A stretch of 64,000 nucleotides of DNA from Mobula hypostoma. Taxonomy: Eukaryota. The stretch is taken from assembly GCF_963921235.1 (NCBI RefSeq), contig NC_086108.1, positions 91,266,001 through 91,330,000 of the forward strand, read 5' to 3'. Position 1 is the first letter of the stretch. Every line of letters starts with the position of its first letter. The notes under the pieces were generated by a model that searched no databases, was not told where the DNA came from, and was given only the letters and a program-made list of their open reading frames with translations. Shown one piece after another: positions 51,409 through 63,544 of the stretch. The position numbers and the translations under genes are program-made.

Positions 51409-52023
51409 CAAATAAGCACTCAAATATAACTGTTGCATTCAGTTAATATTTTAAATCCTGAACAAATGTATAAGATTTACTGCTAATATTACAATGACCT
51501 TGTCTTTCACAAATTCACCTGTACGATAAAATTAAAGATAAACACTGAAGTTAAAAATGCAGGAGTTGACAATATGTAATATGCAACATTTAGGGTTTGA
51601 TTTTATTCCTTTAAACTCTTTCAGTGCTGCTGAGGGAGAAAAAGGGGGTAATCTTGGCTTTGAACTTTTCTTACAGATGCATTGGCATTTTCAGCCTATG
51701 TCATCAGTGAATATGTCAAATAAGCACTCACATATAACTGTTGCATTCAATTAATATTTTAAATCCTCTGCAAATGTATATTTACTGCTAATATTAACAA
51801 TGACCTTGTCTATCACAATAAACCATTCTCATTTCTAAAATTTCACTTGTATGATTAAATTAAACACTAAAGTTAAAAATGCAAGAGTTGACAATATGTA
51901 ATATTTAAAATGTTGGGTTTGATTGTATTCCCTCAAACTCTTTCAGCGCTGCTGAGGGAGAAAAGGGGGTAATCTTGGCCTTATACTTTTCTTACTGATA
52001 TATTAGAATTTTCAGCTTATGTC
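51409..52023. repeat. Tandem duplication of about 300 bp of non-TE sequence
   Basis: 51409-51702 and 51717-52023 align end to end with scattered substitutions and indels. Confidence 0.92.
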
Positions 52024-52261
52024 TTTGCACAATTATAGAAACACAGAATCACACAACATGGAAACAGGCCATTTCGCCCACTACATCACAGTGATCTGTG
52101 GGCACCCTCTCAACACTTAGCCCATAGCCCTCCCTGGTTGAGCATTTCATTTGCTCATCTCGACACCTTTTAAATGCTTTGAGCAATCCACCTTCAAAAA
52201 TTATCTTAGGCAGTGTATTCCAGATAATTATCAATCTCTAGATGACGAAGGCCTCCCTCAG

Positions 52262-53220
52262 ATTCAGAATCAGAATAAGGCTTATGATCACAGTCATATG
52301 TCATGAATTTTGTGGATTTGCACCAACATTACAGTGCAATACTGTAAAAATTACTATAGATTACAATTTTTAAAAAATAAGTAAATAACATAGTAGATAA
52401 ATTATTAAATACATCACATGGAAAAAAAAACTAAGGAGCAAGATAGTGAAGCAGTGTTCATGAGTTCATGGACCATTCAGAAATCGGACTACAGTGGAAA
52501 AGAAGCTGTTCCTGAAATATTGAATATACAGTCCTAAGGCTCCCGTACCTCCTCCCTGATGGTAACAATGAGGCAAGGACAGGTCCTGGAGAATAAGGGT
52601 CTCTAATAATGGATGTAATAGAAACCATAGAAAAACTACAGCACAGAAACAGGCCTTTTGGCCCTTCTTGGCTGTGCCGAACCATTTTCTGCCTAGTCCC
52701 ACTGACCTGCACACGGACCACATCCCTCCATACACTTCCCATCCATGTATCTGTCCAACTTATTCTTAAATGTTAACGAAGAACCCACATTTACCACCTT
52801 GTCTGGCAGCTCATTCCATACTCCCACCAAATCTCCCCTCATTCTTCTACGCTCCAGGGAATAAAGTCCTAACCTATTCAACCTTTTTCTGTAACTGAGT
52901 TTCTCAAGTCCCGGCAACATCCTTGTAAACCTTCTCTGCACTCTTTCAACCTTATTAATATCCTTCCTGTAATTTGGTGACCAAAACTGAACACAATACT
53001 CCAGATTCAGCCTCACCAATGCCTTATAGAACCTCATCATAACATTCCAGCTCTTATACTCAATACTTTGATTAATAAAGGCCAATGTAATAGAAACCAT
53101 AGAAAAACTACCTTCTTGAGGCACCACGGCTAGTCCTCATGATGGAATTGACTGAGTCTACAATCCTTCACAGCTTTTTTCCATCCTCTGTGTCGGAGCC
53201 TCTACACCAGGTAGTGATGC
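52262..53220 (-). mobile_element. Rex1/Babar 3' fragment split by CR1
   Basis: (TTCTGA)n tail. LLPSGRRYGSL and FRNSFFS. Resumes at about 53108. Confidence 0.7.
52616..53111 (-). mobile_element. Young CR1 3' fragment with internal deletion, bracketed by a 27-bp direct repeat of its own tail
   Basis: Same subfamily as 43620-45845. RMRGDL is fused to VGVWNELP. The repeat is at 52613-52639 and 53085-53111. Confidence 0.9.
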
Positions 53221-53724
53221 CCAGTATTATCCCTTATTGCTTATAAATCTATGCTCTTCAGTTTTACCTACCTCTGATATCGAGAAAGGTTTCCTGCAGT
53301 CTATCAGATTAAATAATGTCCTTTATAATTTGCTATCCTTCAATCATGTTCCCTCTTAACCTCTTCCGACCCAGGGAGAACAGACCAAGCCTCTTTAGCC
53401 TGAATGGACCCAGGTTATAAGAAGAGATTGTGTAGACTATGACTTTATTTCCTGCAATGTAGCAGTTTGAAAGGCGACGTGATAAAGATATATAAAATCA
53501 TGAGTGGCAGAGACAGGATGAAGAAGCACGGTCAGGGACGAGGTGCAACAAACAAAAGGGAAAGGTTTATGTTCAGGGACTTAAAACAGACATCAGGAGC
53601 ATCTTCTTCATGCAAAGGATGGTGCGTATCTGGAAATGAGCTGCCAGAAATAGTATGAGGTAACGTTGAAAACCCATCTAGATTAGTATATGGTACAGAG
53701 AGGTTTAAAGAGGTACGAACATCC

Positions 53725-54200
53725 AGAACAATGAACAAAATGCAGCAGGTCAAGCGATATCTGGAAATGTACAGTTGACATTGAATTGAGACCCTTTATC
53801 TGCCGGCATAAAGAGATGAGGAAATGGAGTGGGGAAGTGTGATAGATAGATGGAGGAACAGAGAGTGGAAATAGCAACAACAATGGTGGAGGCAACACAA
53901 GGCTGGATATGATGGAATCTGGTAGGAAAGGAAGGTGGAGCATGGTATCAATTAAGGAAGGTGAAGTGGGCAGATGGGAACAGGAGCGGGAAGCGTGTGA
54001 CTGATGTTCAAGTCTATAGGGTGGAGAGGAGAGAGAAGGAGAAAGGAACGAGGTGATGGGAAGCAGGAACAGGTGGAACTGGGTAAATCTGGAGGAGAGA
54101 GAAAAAGGGCAGTGGGAAGCAGTTTTCCTGAAATTGGAGAGTTCAACTTTTATGCTCTCAGGTTGTAGATTAGCCAGACGGGGTATGAGGTATTGGCCAT
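53725..54200 (-). mobile_element. Degenerate Penelope-like 3' part
   Basis: rc encodes LIPRLANLQPESIKVELSNFR (GIY-YIG C-terminus), followed by a pyrimidine-rich UTR and a pLTR remnant. Confidence 0.6.
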
Positions 54201-55123
54201 CTCCTTTAGCTTCACTCTATCATACTAGGCATGAAAGCTCAGAAGAAATGACCCATTTCTGTCAGAGCCACTTGCCAATGATTGCAAAATTATGACAGAT
54301 GTACCAAAAAGAAAATGATCAACAATGCATAACATTCTATCAAGTTTTGCAGAGAACTCTTGTCACAAGGCAAATTAATTGTTATAATAAGTAAACTGCA
54401 AATCCATTTTTATCAGTTTTTTTCCTGTCCCAGAAAATAATGGATAGCACATTGGACAAAGGGAAAATGCTGCAGATGTTGAAAGCCTGAAATAGAGTTT
54501 AATTTCAATTTCTGCACAAGTTCCAAATTCCTTTCTCTTCAACTAGATCCAACACTGCCTTCTGCATGAAGCAATAGTTTACTTTCAACGTGAGGCAGTT
54601 TGACTCAGTTTGTTGTTTGGGACTTCAGTGATTCCAGTCCATTGAATGTTATTCCTATTAATATTCTAATGAACCTTTAACTCCTTGTTTTAGATAGTAG
54701 CTGATAAAATAGTAAATTCTCCAGTGAACCTGGTCATTTTAAAGGGAGCTTGGGAAACAAGATGTGAATAGAGGGCTAGGCGAGGATCCAGTGCTGGAGT
54801 TTCCAAGTCTAGAATCAACACTGAGATGAGAACAGGGTTCTTGACTAGATGCTAGACAAGAAACTGATGTCACTAGATGAGAATCCAAAACAAGACAGAA
54901 ATCCTAAATGCAAATACAGACTAAACCAAAGTTGAGCTGATGATTGAGCACCGAACCTAGGTTCAGGTGCTCTTTAACTATCCAAATCTTGGCGCCAAAA
55001 CATGGCTGCCAATTAGTGGAGCAGGATAGAATCTTTAAAGGATTCATACTCCAGGGAATCAGAGCATCTAAACCCTGAAGGCTGGTGCAGTCGCGTGCAC
55101 ACCGTGGCACAAGAAGATGGTGG

Positions 55124-55670
55124 ATTAGATTAGGTTAGATTAGATCAAATCAGATTAAATTAGATTGAATTGTATTAGATTAGATCAGATTTATTAGCCA
55201 CATGTATATTGAAACATAGAGTGAAATGTACTGTTTGTACTAACAGCCAACCCAATTGAGTATGTGCAGGGGGCAGCCCACAGTATCATTGTGGGTGCTA
55301 ACATAGCATGCCCACAATGTTCAGAGGAGCAGCCAACATGCAACAAGACAGACACAACAACAGCAAAGCGAATTCCTTCCTACCCCCACCCCCTCTCCAA
55401 ACAACCCATAGGAGGGTTACCAGTCCTTGTGCTCAGGGCCTGCTGACCGCAGACCTCGACCTCAACCTCGGGGATCGTAGGTCTTCATCCTCAGCACCTG
55501 TTGACCCAATCTCCAACCTTAGGATTCACTGGACTTCGACATCCAGAACTGCCAACTGATAGCAGGCTTTCGGACCTGTCCTGCACAGACTTCCGACCCT
55601 GGGACTCGCCAACCTCGAGGATCTCTGGCCCTCGTTGTTGAGGCCTGCTGACCTCAGTCCTTGACCGCAG
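55124..55670 (-). mobile_element. Non-autonomous retroposon with (TCTAA)n tail and short internal repeats
   Basis: (TTAGA)n at 55124-55190. The 3' part resembles the SINE tails at 10138 and 39325. Confidence 0.55.
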
Positions 55671-56255
55671 GGATTGCTGGGGAGTGTGGAAAAAAGAAGC
55701 ATGTATGCTTAAAAGAAAGAGGGAACTGGAGATGTAGTAGGTTAAAGGGAGGACAGAAACTGAACCTCAATGAACCTACAGGGTCAACAGGATCTGGAAT
55801 CCCAATGAATTGGAGGAATCAGCACTTAGTGAGCCAGATGCTGAACTATTAGGATTTGTGAATAGTCTTTATATGGTTATTTGATCATTATATGATTGAT
55901 TTCATGGGCTTTGTATTGCCTCTGGGATGCAGCCCAATTAGGAATAAAAGTAAGGGCAGAAAATGCTGGAAGCAATCCAATGAAAAATGCTGCAGACACT
56001 GGAGATTTGATATGCTGCAAACATGTGCATTAACTGGACTTTTTTAGTGCATTGATCATAGGATTTGTGCAGAAACTTCTCTCCCACAAATACTGGTAAA
56101 CTGATCAACAGAACAGTGTTGAAGTGGCTTCTGAGATGCTTGAGATTTCAGGAGGAAATCTATTGTACATTACTACAGGCTGAACATTGACAGAAAATGA
56201 ATCTTAAGGAATAGCAATTAAGCTTTGAACTTCAGTTTCCAATCTTTTCCAAGTT

Positions 56256-56770
56256 TGTGATGCAAAGAACGGGGCGAACCCAAATGCAGGACACTGACAC
56301 AGAGATTGAGTTAGGATGCAGACGAGGGTGAGAGAGTGGCTGGAGCTGAACGGCGAACAGGAGGGTGAACAGGAGTGCAGGAGGCAGGCAGAACTTATCT
56401 TGACACAGGGCATTGCTGGCGCTGAACGGCAAACAGGAGACAGGCGGCAGGCAAAACTTATCTTGACACGGAGTGTAGAAAGGCAAGCAGTAGGCAATAC
56501 TTTTCTTGACACGGAGAGACGGAGTTACACAGGTAATCCTCGGTACTGAAGTAATAAGCAGCCGGGAATGTTAATTACCACACTAGCTAAAACAACGATC
56601 TGGCAACGAGTGGATGCAAAGCCCGGGTTTTTATGCTGCAAGTCTTGATGAGAACCAGGTGTGTCGCCATCAAAGGGAATTAGGAGAAAATGGGGAATTA
56701 GCAGTCGGGACCGTGACACAATCAAAGGGAATTAAGAGAAAATGGGGAATTAACGGTCGGGACCGTGACA
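56256..56770 (-). mobile_element. Solo LTR (Gypsy-type) with internal and terminal tandem repeats
   Basis: TG...GTGACA termini with flanking GTTTG on both sides. CACCTG and TATA-like motifs on the minus strand. Three cttgacac repeats. The terminal 50 bp is duplicated. Confidence 0.75.
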
Positions 56771-56949
56771 GTTTGTGAGGATAGCAACATTCAACCTTAT
56801 TTCTCCTAAATTCACAAACATCCTAAATGTTGTCTAATTTCACAGACATTATCACAACATTTTGACTCAGATTTCTCTCAATTTATCCTCACTCTTGGGA
56901 TATCAGTGCCATTTCGGTTGTCTAAACATCTTCAGCTGCATCATTTATG

Positions 56950-57800
56950 ACCTCAGCAAAGGAAGAACCCAAGGCTGGATACAGTAAGATGTAGACAACA
57001 TCAGGCTGCTGATAAGAGACAAGTAACATCCATTTCCCCAAAGTATTAGCCAGTTGCTACCCCCAACTAAACAATGTCTTACCAGCTGTTCCAGACACAC
57101 AATAGCTTTACCATCATGTCTCCCCGCTATAAATACCCTGAAGATAGCCATTGACAGAAATTCAACTAGACTAGCCACGTGAAAACTCTAATGCAAGAGA
57201 AAGTCAGAGACAGGGTATCCTGTGACAAATAACTCAACCCTTGATGGGCTGAAACATTTCTGTATTTAAAAGGCATAAATCAGGTGTGTGATGGAATACC
57301 TCTCACTTGCTTGGATGACTGCAAAGCTAAAACTCTCCAAAGGTTTGACACAATCCATAATAAGAACCCAACAACCAATTTAAAAATTCATTCTCTTCAT
57401 CATCAATGTATGGTGGATGAATTTAAGAGACAAGGAAGACCATTATTGCTGGAATATGGAACAAAGGTTAAACTGCTAGAAGAACTCAGCTGGTCAGTCA
57501 GTATCTATGGAGGCAAAGGGATGATCATCGTATCATCTCAAAACGTTGACCATTCTGTTCTTTGCAGATATCTCCATATCTTCAGCTTCAACCACCAAGA
57601 AGAGCAAAGGAGGCAATACTACAGCAGCACCACCAACTGCAGGTTCCTCTCCAAGCCATTTACCGTCGAGATTTGAGAAATCACCATTTATGCTGGGTCC
57701 AAATCCTGGAAATCTGAACCCAGCAACATTGTGAGCCCCTTCATCAGGACCACTGCAGTTCAAAACAGTGGCTCACCAGCTCATTCTCAAGGCTGGATAA
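56950..57800 (+). mobile_element. Ancient CR1/L2-group LINE 3' remnant with a Penelope pLTR piece (about 57455-57575)
   Basis: 3' end ctgcagttcaaaacagtggctcacc..ttctcaagg matches 15098-15140. gaagaactcagctggtcag pLTR motif. Confidence 0.5.
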
Positions 57801-59221
57801 TAACTTCTCCTTTTTTAGAGCCTAAAAAAGAATTAAAAACACAATGCACGGGTTATCCCGAAGTAACCAGGTAAGCAGCTGTAAGCTTATTTGTCTTTCA
57901 GTTCTTAAGCACCTCCAATGTACTGCAATCCTGCTGCCTTTTCCTGGATGAATTGGTTCAAACTTAGGAAAACTGTCTGAATGAAGATAATGCAAAATTT
58001 TCAATTATTTTCTTTTCTTAATGAGCTATCAAATTAGAAATCCTCCTCTCCCAACGGGCTTGTCCTGATACTTTGGATGTCATTTTCCACCCATTTAACT
58101 TCTGATCTAGTTCTAAATGTAGATGCTTGCTGGACTTAAAATTCAGGACATAGTTTTTGATGAAAAGCAATTCATAGGAGATTGCACAAACTACTGAGCA
58201 ATTAACTAGAAGATATGAATCATTTTAAAATGGAAAAACGAGGAACCTGCATAAATGGGCATGAATGCAGAGGAGGGGGAGCAAGATTCATTCAAGATAA
58301 GGTAGTTGTAAAAGAAATTTAAAGGAGAAGATACTAGGAGTATTTAGCGGGCCACAGACCATCTTTGGAGTAGATAACTGAATTAATGTTAAGATATTGT
58401 CCTGTATTGCATTCTACCATTCCCTTTGAAATAGCTGACCAACAAAATTAATTGCAACACACACAAAATGCTGGCCAGGCAGCATCTATGGGAAAGAGTG
58501 AACAGTCAATGTTTTGGACCAAGACCCTTCGCCGGGACTGGAAAAGAAGAGGAGAAGTCAGAGCAAGAAGGTGGAGGGAGGGGAGGAAGAAGTACAGGGT
58601 GGTGGGTGATAGGTGAAAATGGGAGAGCGAGAGAGAGTGAAGTACAGAGCTGGGAAGTTGATTGTGAAGGAGAAAACGTGCTGGAGAACCGGAAAAAAAT
58701 CACTCCCTCATCCACGCGCAAAAGCAATGCACAAACAGTAAGAAGAACATCACACCCCTCCCCCATGTGCAAAAAAACACTGTGCAAGCAGCAACAAGAG
58801 CATCAAATCCCCCCCCACCCCCACCGCCACTCCCAGCACAAAAAAATAAACAAATGGTGCAAACGGGAACAAGAAAGAACGTGCGAAAACACAGAATTCA
58901 AGAACATAAAACTAAGAGAGATGAAGTGAACTACAGTCCAATCCATAAACTGCAGATCCAGAAATTCAGTACCATCCTCTGACAGCATGGAGGGAGAGAG
59001 AGACCATTCAAATGCAGGGGCCCTCCTTCAGGAGCAGCGAGTGAGAGACCGTCACACACAGACACCTTCCTCGCTCAGCAGCCAGAGAGAGGCTGGTTGA
59101 CGGCGCTGAACACTCGCTCTCCTTCTGCACTCACCTCAGTGTTTCAACCTTCCTCGATGCTTTCACTCACAACACGCTGGAGGAACTCAGCTGGTCAGGC
59201 AGCATCCGTGGAAAAGAGCGG

Positions 59222-59254
59222 TCAACATTTCGGGCCGGAACCCTTCGTCAGGAC
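59222..59254 (-). ncRNA. Minimal type I hammerhead ribozyme motif
   Basis: rc: gtc CTGACGA aggg ttccgg ccc GAAA tGTT gac. Both core boxes are intact and stem I is 3 bp. Confidence 0.6.
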
Positions 59255-59588
59255 TGTAGAGGGAAGGGGCAGAGGCCCTATAAAGAAGGTGGGGGGAGGG
59301 TGGGAGGGAGAAGGCTGGTAGGTTCCAGGTAAAAAACCAGTAAGGGGAAAGATCAAGGGGTGGGGGTGGGGAAACAGGGAGGGGATGGGCAGGAAAGGTG
59401 AAGAAGGAATAGGGGAAAACACAATGGGTAGTAGAAGGAGGCGGAACCATGAGGGAGGTGGTAGGCAGCTGGGGGAGGGGGCAGAGTGAAATAGGGATAG
59501 GGGAAGGGAGGGGGAGGGAATTACCAGAAGTTGGAGAATTTTATGTTCATGTCAAGGGGCTGGAGACTACCTAGACTGTATATGAGGT

Positions 59589-59810
59589 AAACAACAGGAA
59601 TTCTGCAGATGCTGGAAATTCAAGCAACACACATAAAAGTTGCTGGTGAACGCAGCATCTCTAGGAAGAGGTGCAGTCGACGTTTCAGGCCGAGACCCCT
59701 TGTCAGGACTAGGTCCCGACGAAGGGTCTCGGCCTGAAACGTCGACTGCACCTCTTCCTAGAGATGCTGCCTGGCCTGCTGCGTTCACCAGCAACTTTTA
59801 TGTGTGTTGC
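59589..59810. mobile_element. Palindromic Penelope-derived mini-element with two inverted hammerhead motifs
   Basis: 13-bp TSD CTGTATATGAGGT at 59576-59588 and 59811-59823. Inverted arms span 59624-59810. Motifs at 59679-59706 (-) and 59716-59743 (+). Confidence 0.92.
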
Positions 59811-60225
59811 CTGTATATGAGGTGTTGCTTCTCCAACCTGAGTTTAGACTCATCATGGCAGTAGAGGAGGCTATGCATGGACATATCTGAATGGGAATGG
59901 GAAGCAGAGTTGAAGTGGGTGGCAACCGGGAGATCCTGTCTGTTGTGGCGGATGGAGCTTTAATCGGCGAGATTGGCGAGAAATGGAGGCGACCAGTCTC
60001 TAAGCTTCTAGGTTTTGAGGCTTCTCACCTCTTAGAATCTCCTCAGAGACAGCAAAGTGACTGATCGCTCAATGATCTTCAAACTGTAGATCACAGACTC
60101 TAATGGTACCGGAAACACACTTAAAATAAAAAGGAGACGTACGAGAAGTGAAAGAAGCAGTTTCATGGACTATCTGCAAGATGTCGCCTGAGATAGCATT
60201 TTTCATTGACTCCATCTTGACCAGA

Positions 60226-62145
60226 GTTCAAGTTCTAGTTCATTTTATTGGCATTCAAGTGTATACATGGATACTGCAAAAAGAAGCAACGGTTACCCAG
60301 ACCAAAGTGCACAACATTTTACATATAACTCACACAAAACACATAAAGTAATATTACCACAAATAACTTAACAAATAATAAGGTGCAATTAGAACACATG
60401 TTAAAAAGTAAACAGCGTATCACTATTGGCGCTCCATGTGTGATGTGACTTGGGTAGTTGCAGGGAGCTCAGTAGTTTTACAGCCTGGGGAAAGAAGCTA
60501 TTTCCCATCCTAACAGTTCTTGTCCTACGGTACCTCCTGCCTGATGAGAGGGGGTCAAAAAGATTGTCGGACAGATGGGAGGGATTATTGACAATGCTAA
60601 AGACCTTGCATATGCAATGCTCCTGATAAATATCTCTGATGGGTGGAAGAGAGACCCCGATGATCCTCTCGGCACTCTTGTAGGGACTTGTAGGGACTTG
60701 AGGTCAGATGCCTTGCAATCCCTGTACCAGATGATGATGCAGCTGGTCAAGACACTCTCAATAGTGCTCCTGTAGAAATTGGTTAGAATGGGGTGGGAGA
60801 ACTTTCCACAGAAAGTGGAGACACTGCTGAGCTTTCTTGACCAACGAGATGGCGTTCAGGAACCAGGTGATGTCGGTTATGTGCACTCCCAGAAACTTGG
60901 TGTTCCTAACTTGCTCCACAAGAGAGGCATGTACGTGCAGTGAGGAGCGGTCAGCCTGAACCTTTCTAAAGTCCACAGTTGTTTCTTTAGTCTTGTCCAC
61001 GTTGAGACTCAGGTTGTTGTGCTCACCCCATTCTGCTAGCTGCGCTACCTCCTCTCTGAACATCACCTTGCCGTCGTTGTTGATGACCCAACTACTGTTG
61101 GGTCATCAGCAAACTTCTTTCTTTCTTTTTAAATCTTTTTATTGAATAAGTATACAAAAAGGTAAGCCATATATAGGCACTAATACACTGTTAGAATATA
61201 ATAAAATTACAGAAGATATTAATACAAAAAAAATGATACAAACAATGTAATTTAAACATAACGTACCAAGGTAACATAATAGTATACTAATTTTTATATA
61301 TATATCAATAGAGAAAAGGAAAAAAAATCCCCAAAAAAACCCACCGTGCAACTAACTAAAAGCAAAGCAAAGCAATGGGCTAACTTGAAACCAAACAGAG
61401 TTAAAAAGAACTTAAAATCACGTCCTCAATCCCGACCTCCATTAAAAACAGTAAAAAAACAAGAAGGGTATATATTACATTAAATGAAAATATTGAATAA
61501 AAGATCTCCAAGTCTGTTCAAATTTAAATGAGGAGTCATAAAGATTGCTTCTAATTTTCTCCAAATTCAAGCATAATATCGTCTGAGAAAACCAAAAAAA
61601 GGTAGTTGGAGCATTAAGCTCTTTCCAATGTTGTAAGATACATCTTTTCGCCATTAAAGTAAGAAATGCAATCATTCTACGGGCTGAAGGGGAAAGATTA
61701 CTGGAATCAGCAAACTTGATGATTCAGTTTGAACTGGATCGAGCAGCGCAGTCATGTGTCAGCAGCGCGAATAACAGCGGGCTGAGTACACAGCCCTGGG
61801 AGGCACCAGTGCTCAGTATGATGGAGCTAGAGATGTTTCTGCAACACGGACTAACTTTGGCCCTTCTGTCAAGAAGTCCGGGATCTAGTTACAGTTGAGA
61901 CCCAATGAGGACGGTTTATGTTTCAGCTTCTGAAGGATGATCATAATAAACACTGAACTGAAATCGATAAACAGCATCCTGCATACGAGGCATCGTTTTC
62001 CAGGTGGGAAGGATGGAGTAGAGTGCAGAGGCTATGACATCATCAGTGGACTGATTTGAGTGATAGGCAAACTGGAAAGGGTCCAATGTAGCAGGAAGAT
62101 GGGATTTAATGCAATCCATAACTAGCCACTCAAAGTACTTCATTT
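60226..62145 (-). mobile_element. Rex1/Babar RT and 3' region split by L1
   Basis: MKYFEWLV..LDPFQFAY, LSLNVDKTKE..VDFRK, KFLGVHI. KFADD is split by the insertion. Confidence 0.8.
61117..61705 (-). mobile_element. 5'-truncated L1-clade LINE
   Basis: L1 ORF2 C-terminus (AKRCILQHWK..LNLEKI..FEQTW). AATAAA plus A-rich tail. 12-bp TSD ATCAGCAAACTT at 61105-61116 and 61706-61717. Confidence 0.88.
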
Positions 62146-62849
62146 AAGGCTTGGAAAGTAGTCAAGGGACCCGTGAAGATGGCAGTGAGTACCCTTAAAA
62201 TGACATCAGTTCACTTATCTGCATCCCTTAGTTCCAAGGTGTTGCAATTTCCATTTTATATGTGTTGTCTCTCTTCCAAAAGGCATTATTTTTGCTGTAA
62301 CAATAAAAGTAATCAGATGTACGTTCTAGTGAACACCAGCTATTTATGTTAAGAAATAATTTGAAGCAATTTTCTTTAATGTAGGGAAAAGAATAACCTG
62401 CCTGCGGTGGGAAAGACTGAGCATGAATATTTCAATCTTAATCAGAAGAGGCTCCTACAAGTCATTCACTGATGACTTGTATCTGGTGCAAGATGATGTA
62501 GAATTAATCAAATTACACTCACTTAGTTAGTCAGATGTACATTGATTCTTACTTTAAGCAATTTTTGTGTTACATGATTATATGCAAATTATACTTCAAC
62601 TGCATGATTGGCTTGTTAAATTAGTAGAGTTCAAAGAACCATGGATCTGTATTTGATAGAACTTCATATACCACAGTTTGATCATAATTTTGACAGGAAA
62701 TATATTTAGGGAAAGATACATGAATTCTTTTGTACTTTTAACTTCAATGCCCTTTTAAAACCAATTCCAAAAAGAGATGGGGGAGATCCTAAAATGGATT
62801 TTTTGCAACTGGGTTGATTCAGGCGACATATAGTGAGGCAAAACAGCAG

Positions 62850-63530
62850 TGAGGTCATGAATCCTATACAGATTACAGAGCAGGAGGTGTCTTGAGGCAA
62901 ATAAGGGTGGGCAAATCCCCAGGGCCTGACAATGTGGTCCCTTAGATCCTGTGGGAGGCTAGTGCAAAAATTGCAGGTGTCCTCAGAACAGGTGAGATGT
63001 TGGAGGATTGGAGGATAGTTAATGTTGTTCCAATGTTTAAGAAAGGCTCTAAAAATAAGCTGGGAAATTGTAGGATGGTGAACCTGACATTGGTAGTGGG
63101 TAAGTTATTGGAAGGTATTCCAAGGAATCCGATATATAAGTATTTCTATAGACAGAGACTGATAAGAGTAGTCAACAGTGTTTAGTGCTTGGTAGGTCAC
63201 GTCTAACTAATCTTATAGAGTATTTTGAGGAAGTTACCAGGGATGTTGATGAAGGCAAGGCAGTGGATGTTGTCTACATGGACTTTAGCAAGACTTTTGA
63301 CAGGATCCTGCAAGGAAGCTTATGCAAGTAGGTTTAGTTGCTAGGCATTCAGGAAGAGGTAGTAAATTGGATTAGACATTGGCTTCATGAGAGAAGCCAG
63401 ACAGAGGCTTGTGATTAGTGGTGTGAAGCAGGGATCAGTGTTTAATCCGTTGTTGTTTGTCATCTATATCATGGATCTAACCGATAATGCGGTAAACTGG
63501 ATCAGAAAATTTCAGAATGACACCCAGACT
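62850..63530 (+). mobile_element. Old CR1 RT fragment
   Basis: KSPGPD, EDWRIVNVVPMFKKG, VDVVYMDFSK. Confidence 0.85.
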
Positions 63531-63544
63531 TGACGACCTGTGTT

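Larger units (their letters stand above)
59169..59958 (-). mobile_element. Penelope-like element 3' part (GIY-YIG C-terminus, UTR, pLTR with hammerhead)
   Basis: With the insert removed, rc reads DLPVATHFNSASHSHSDMS..RLEKQHLIYSLGSLQPLDMNIKFSNFW*. CTGACGA-AGGGTTCCGGCCC-GAAA at 59228-59251. Confidence 0.9.

Noticed and set aside
56340..56520. Spaced direct repeats resembling a CRISPR array
   Set aside because: Spacers are mutually similar, the repeats lie within an LTR, and there are no cas genes in this eukaryotic context.
57737..57752. cccttcatcagg as a hammerhead on the minus strand
   Set aside because: No GAAA box, and it lies in an old LINE 3' region.
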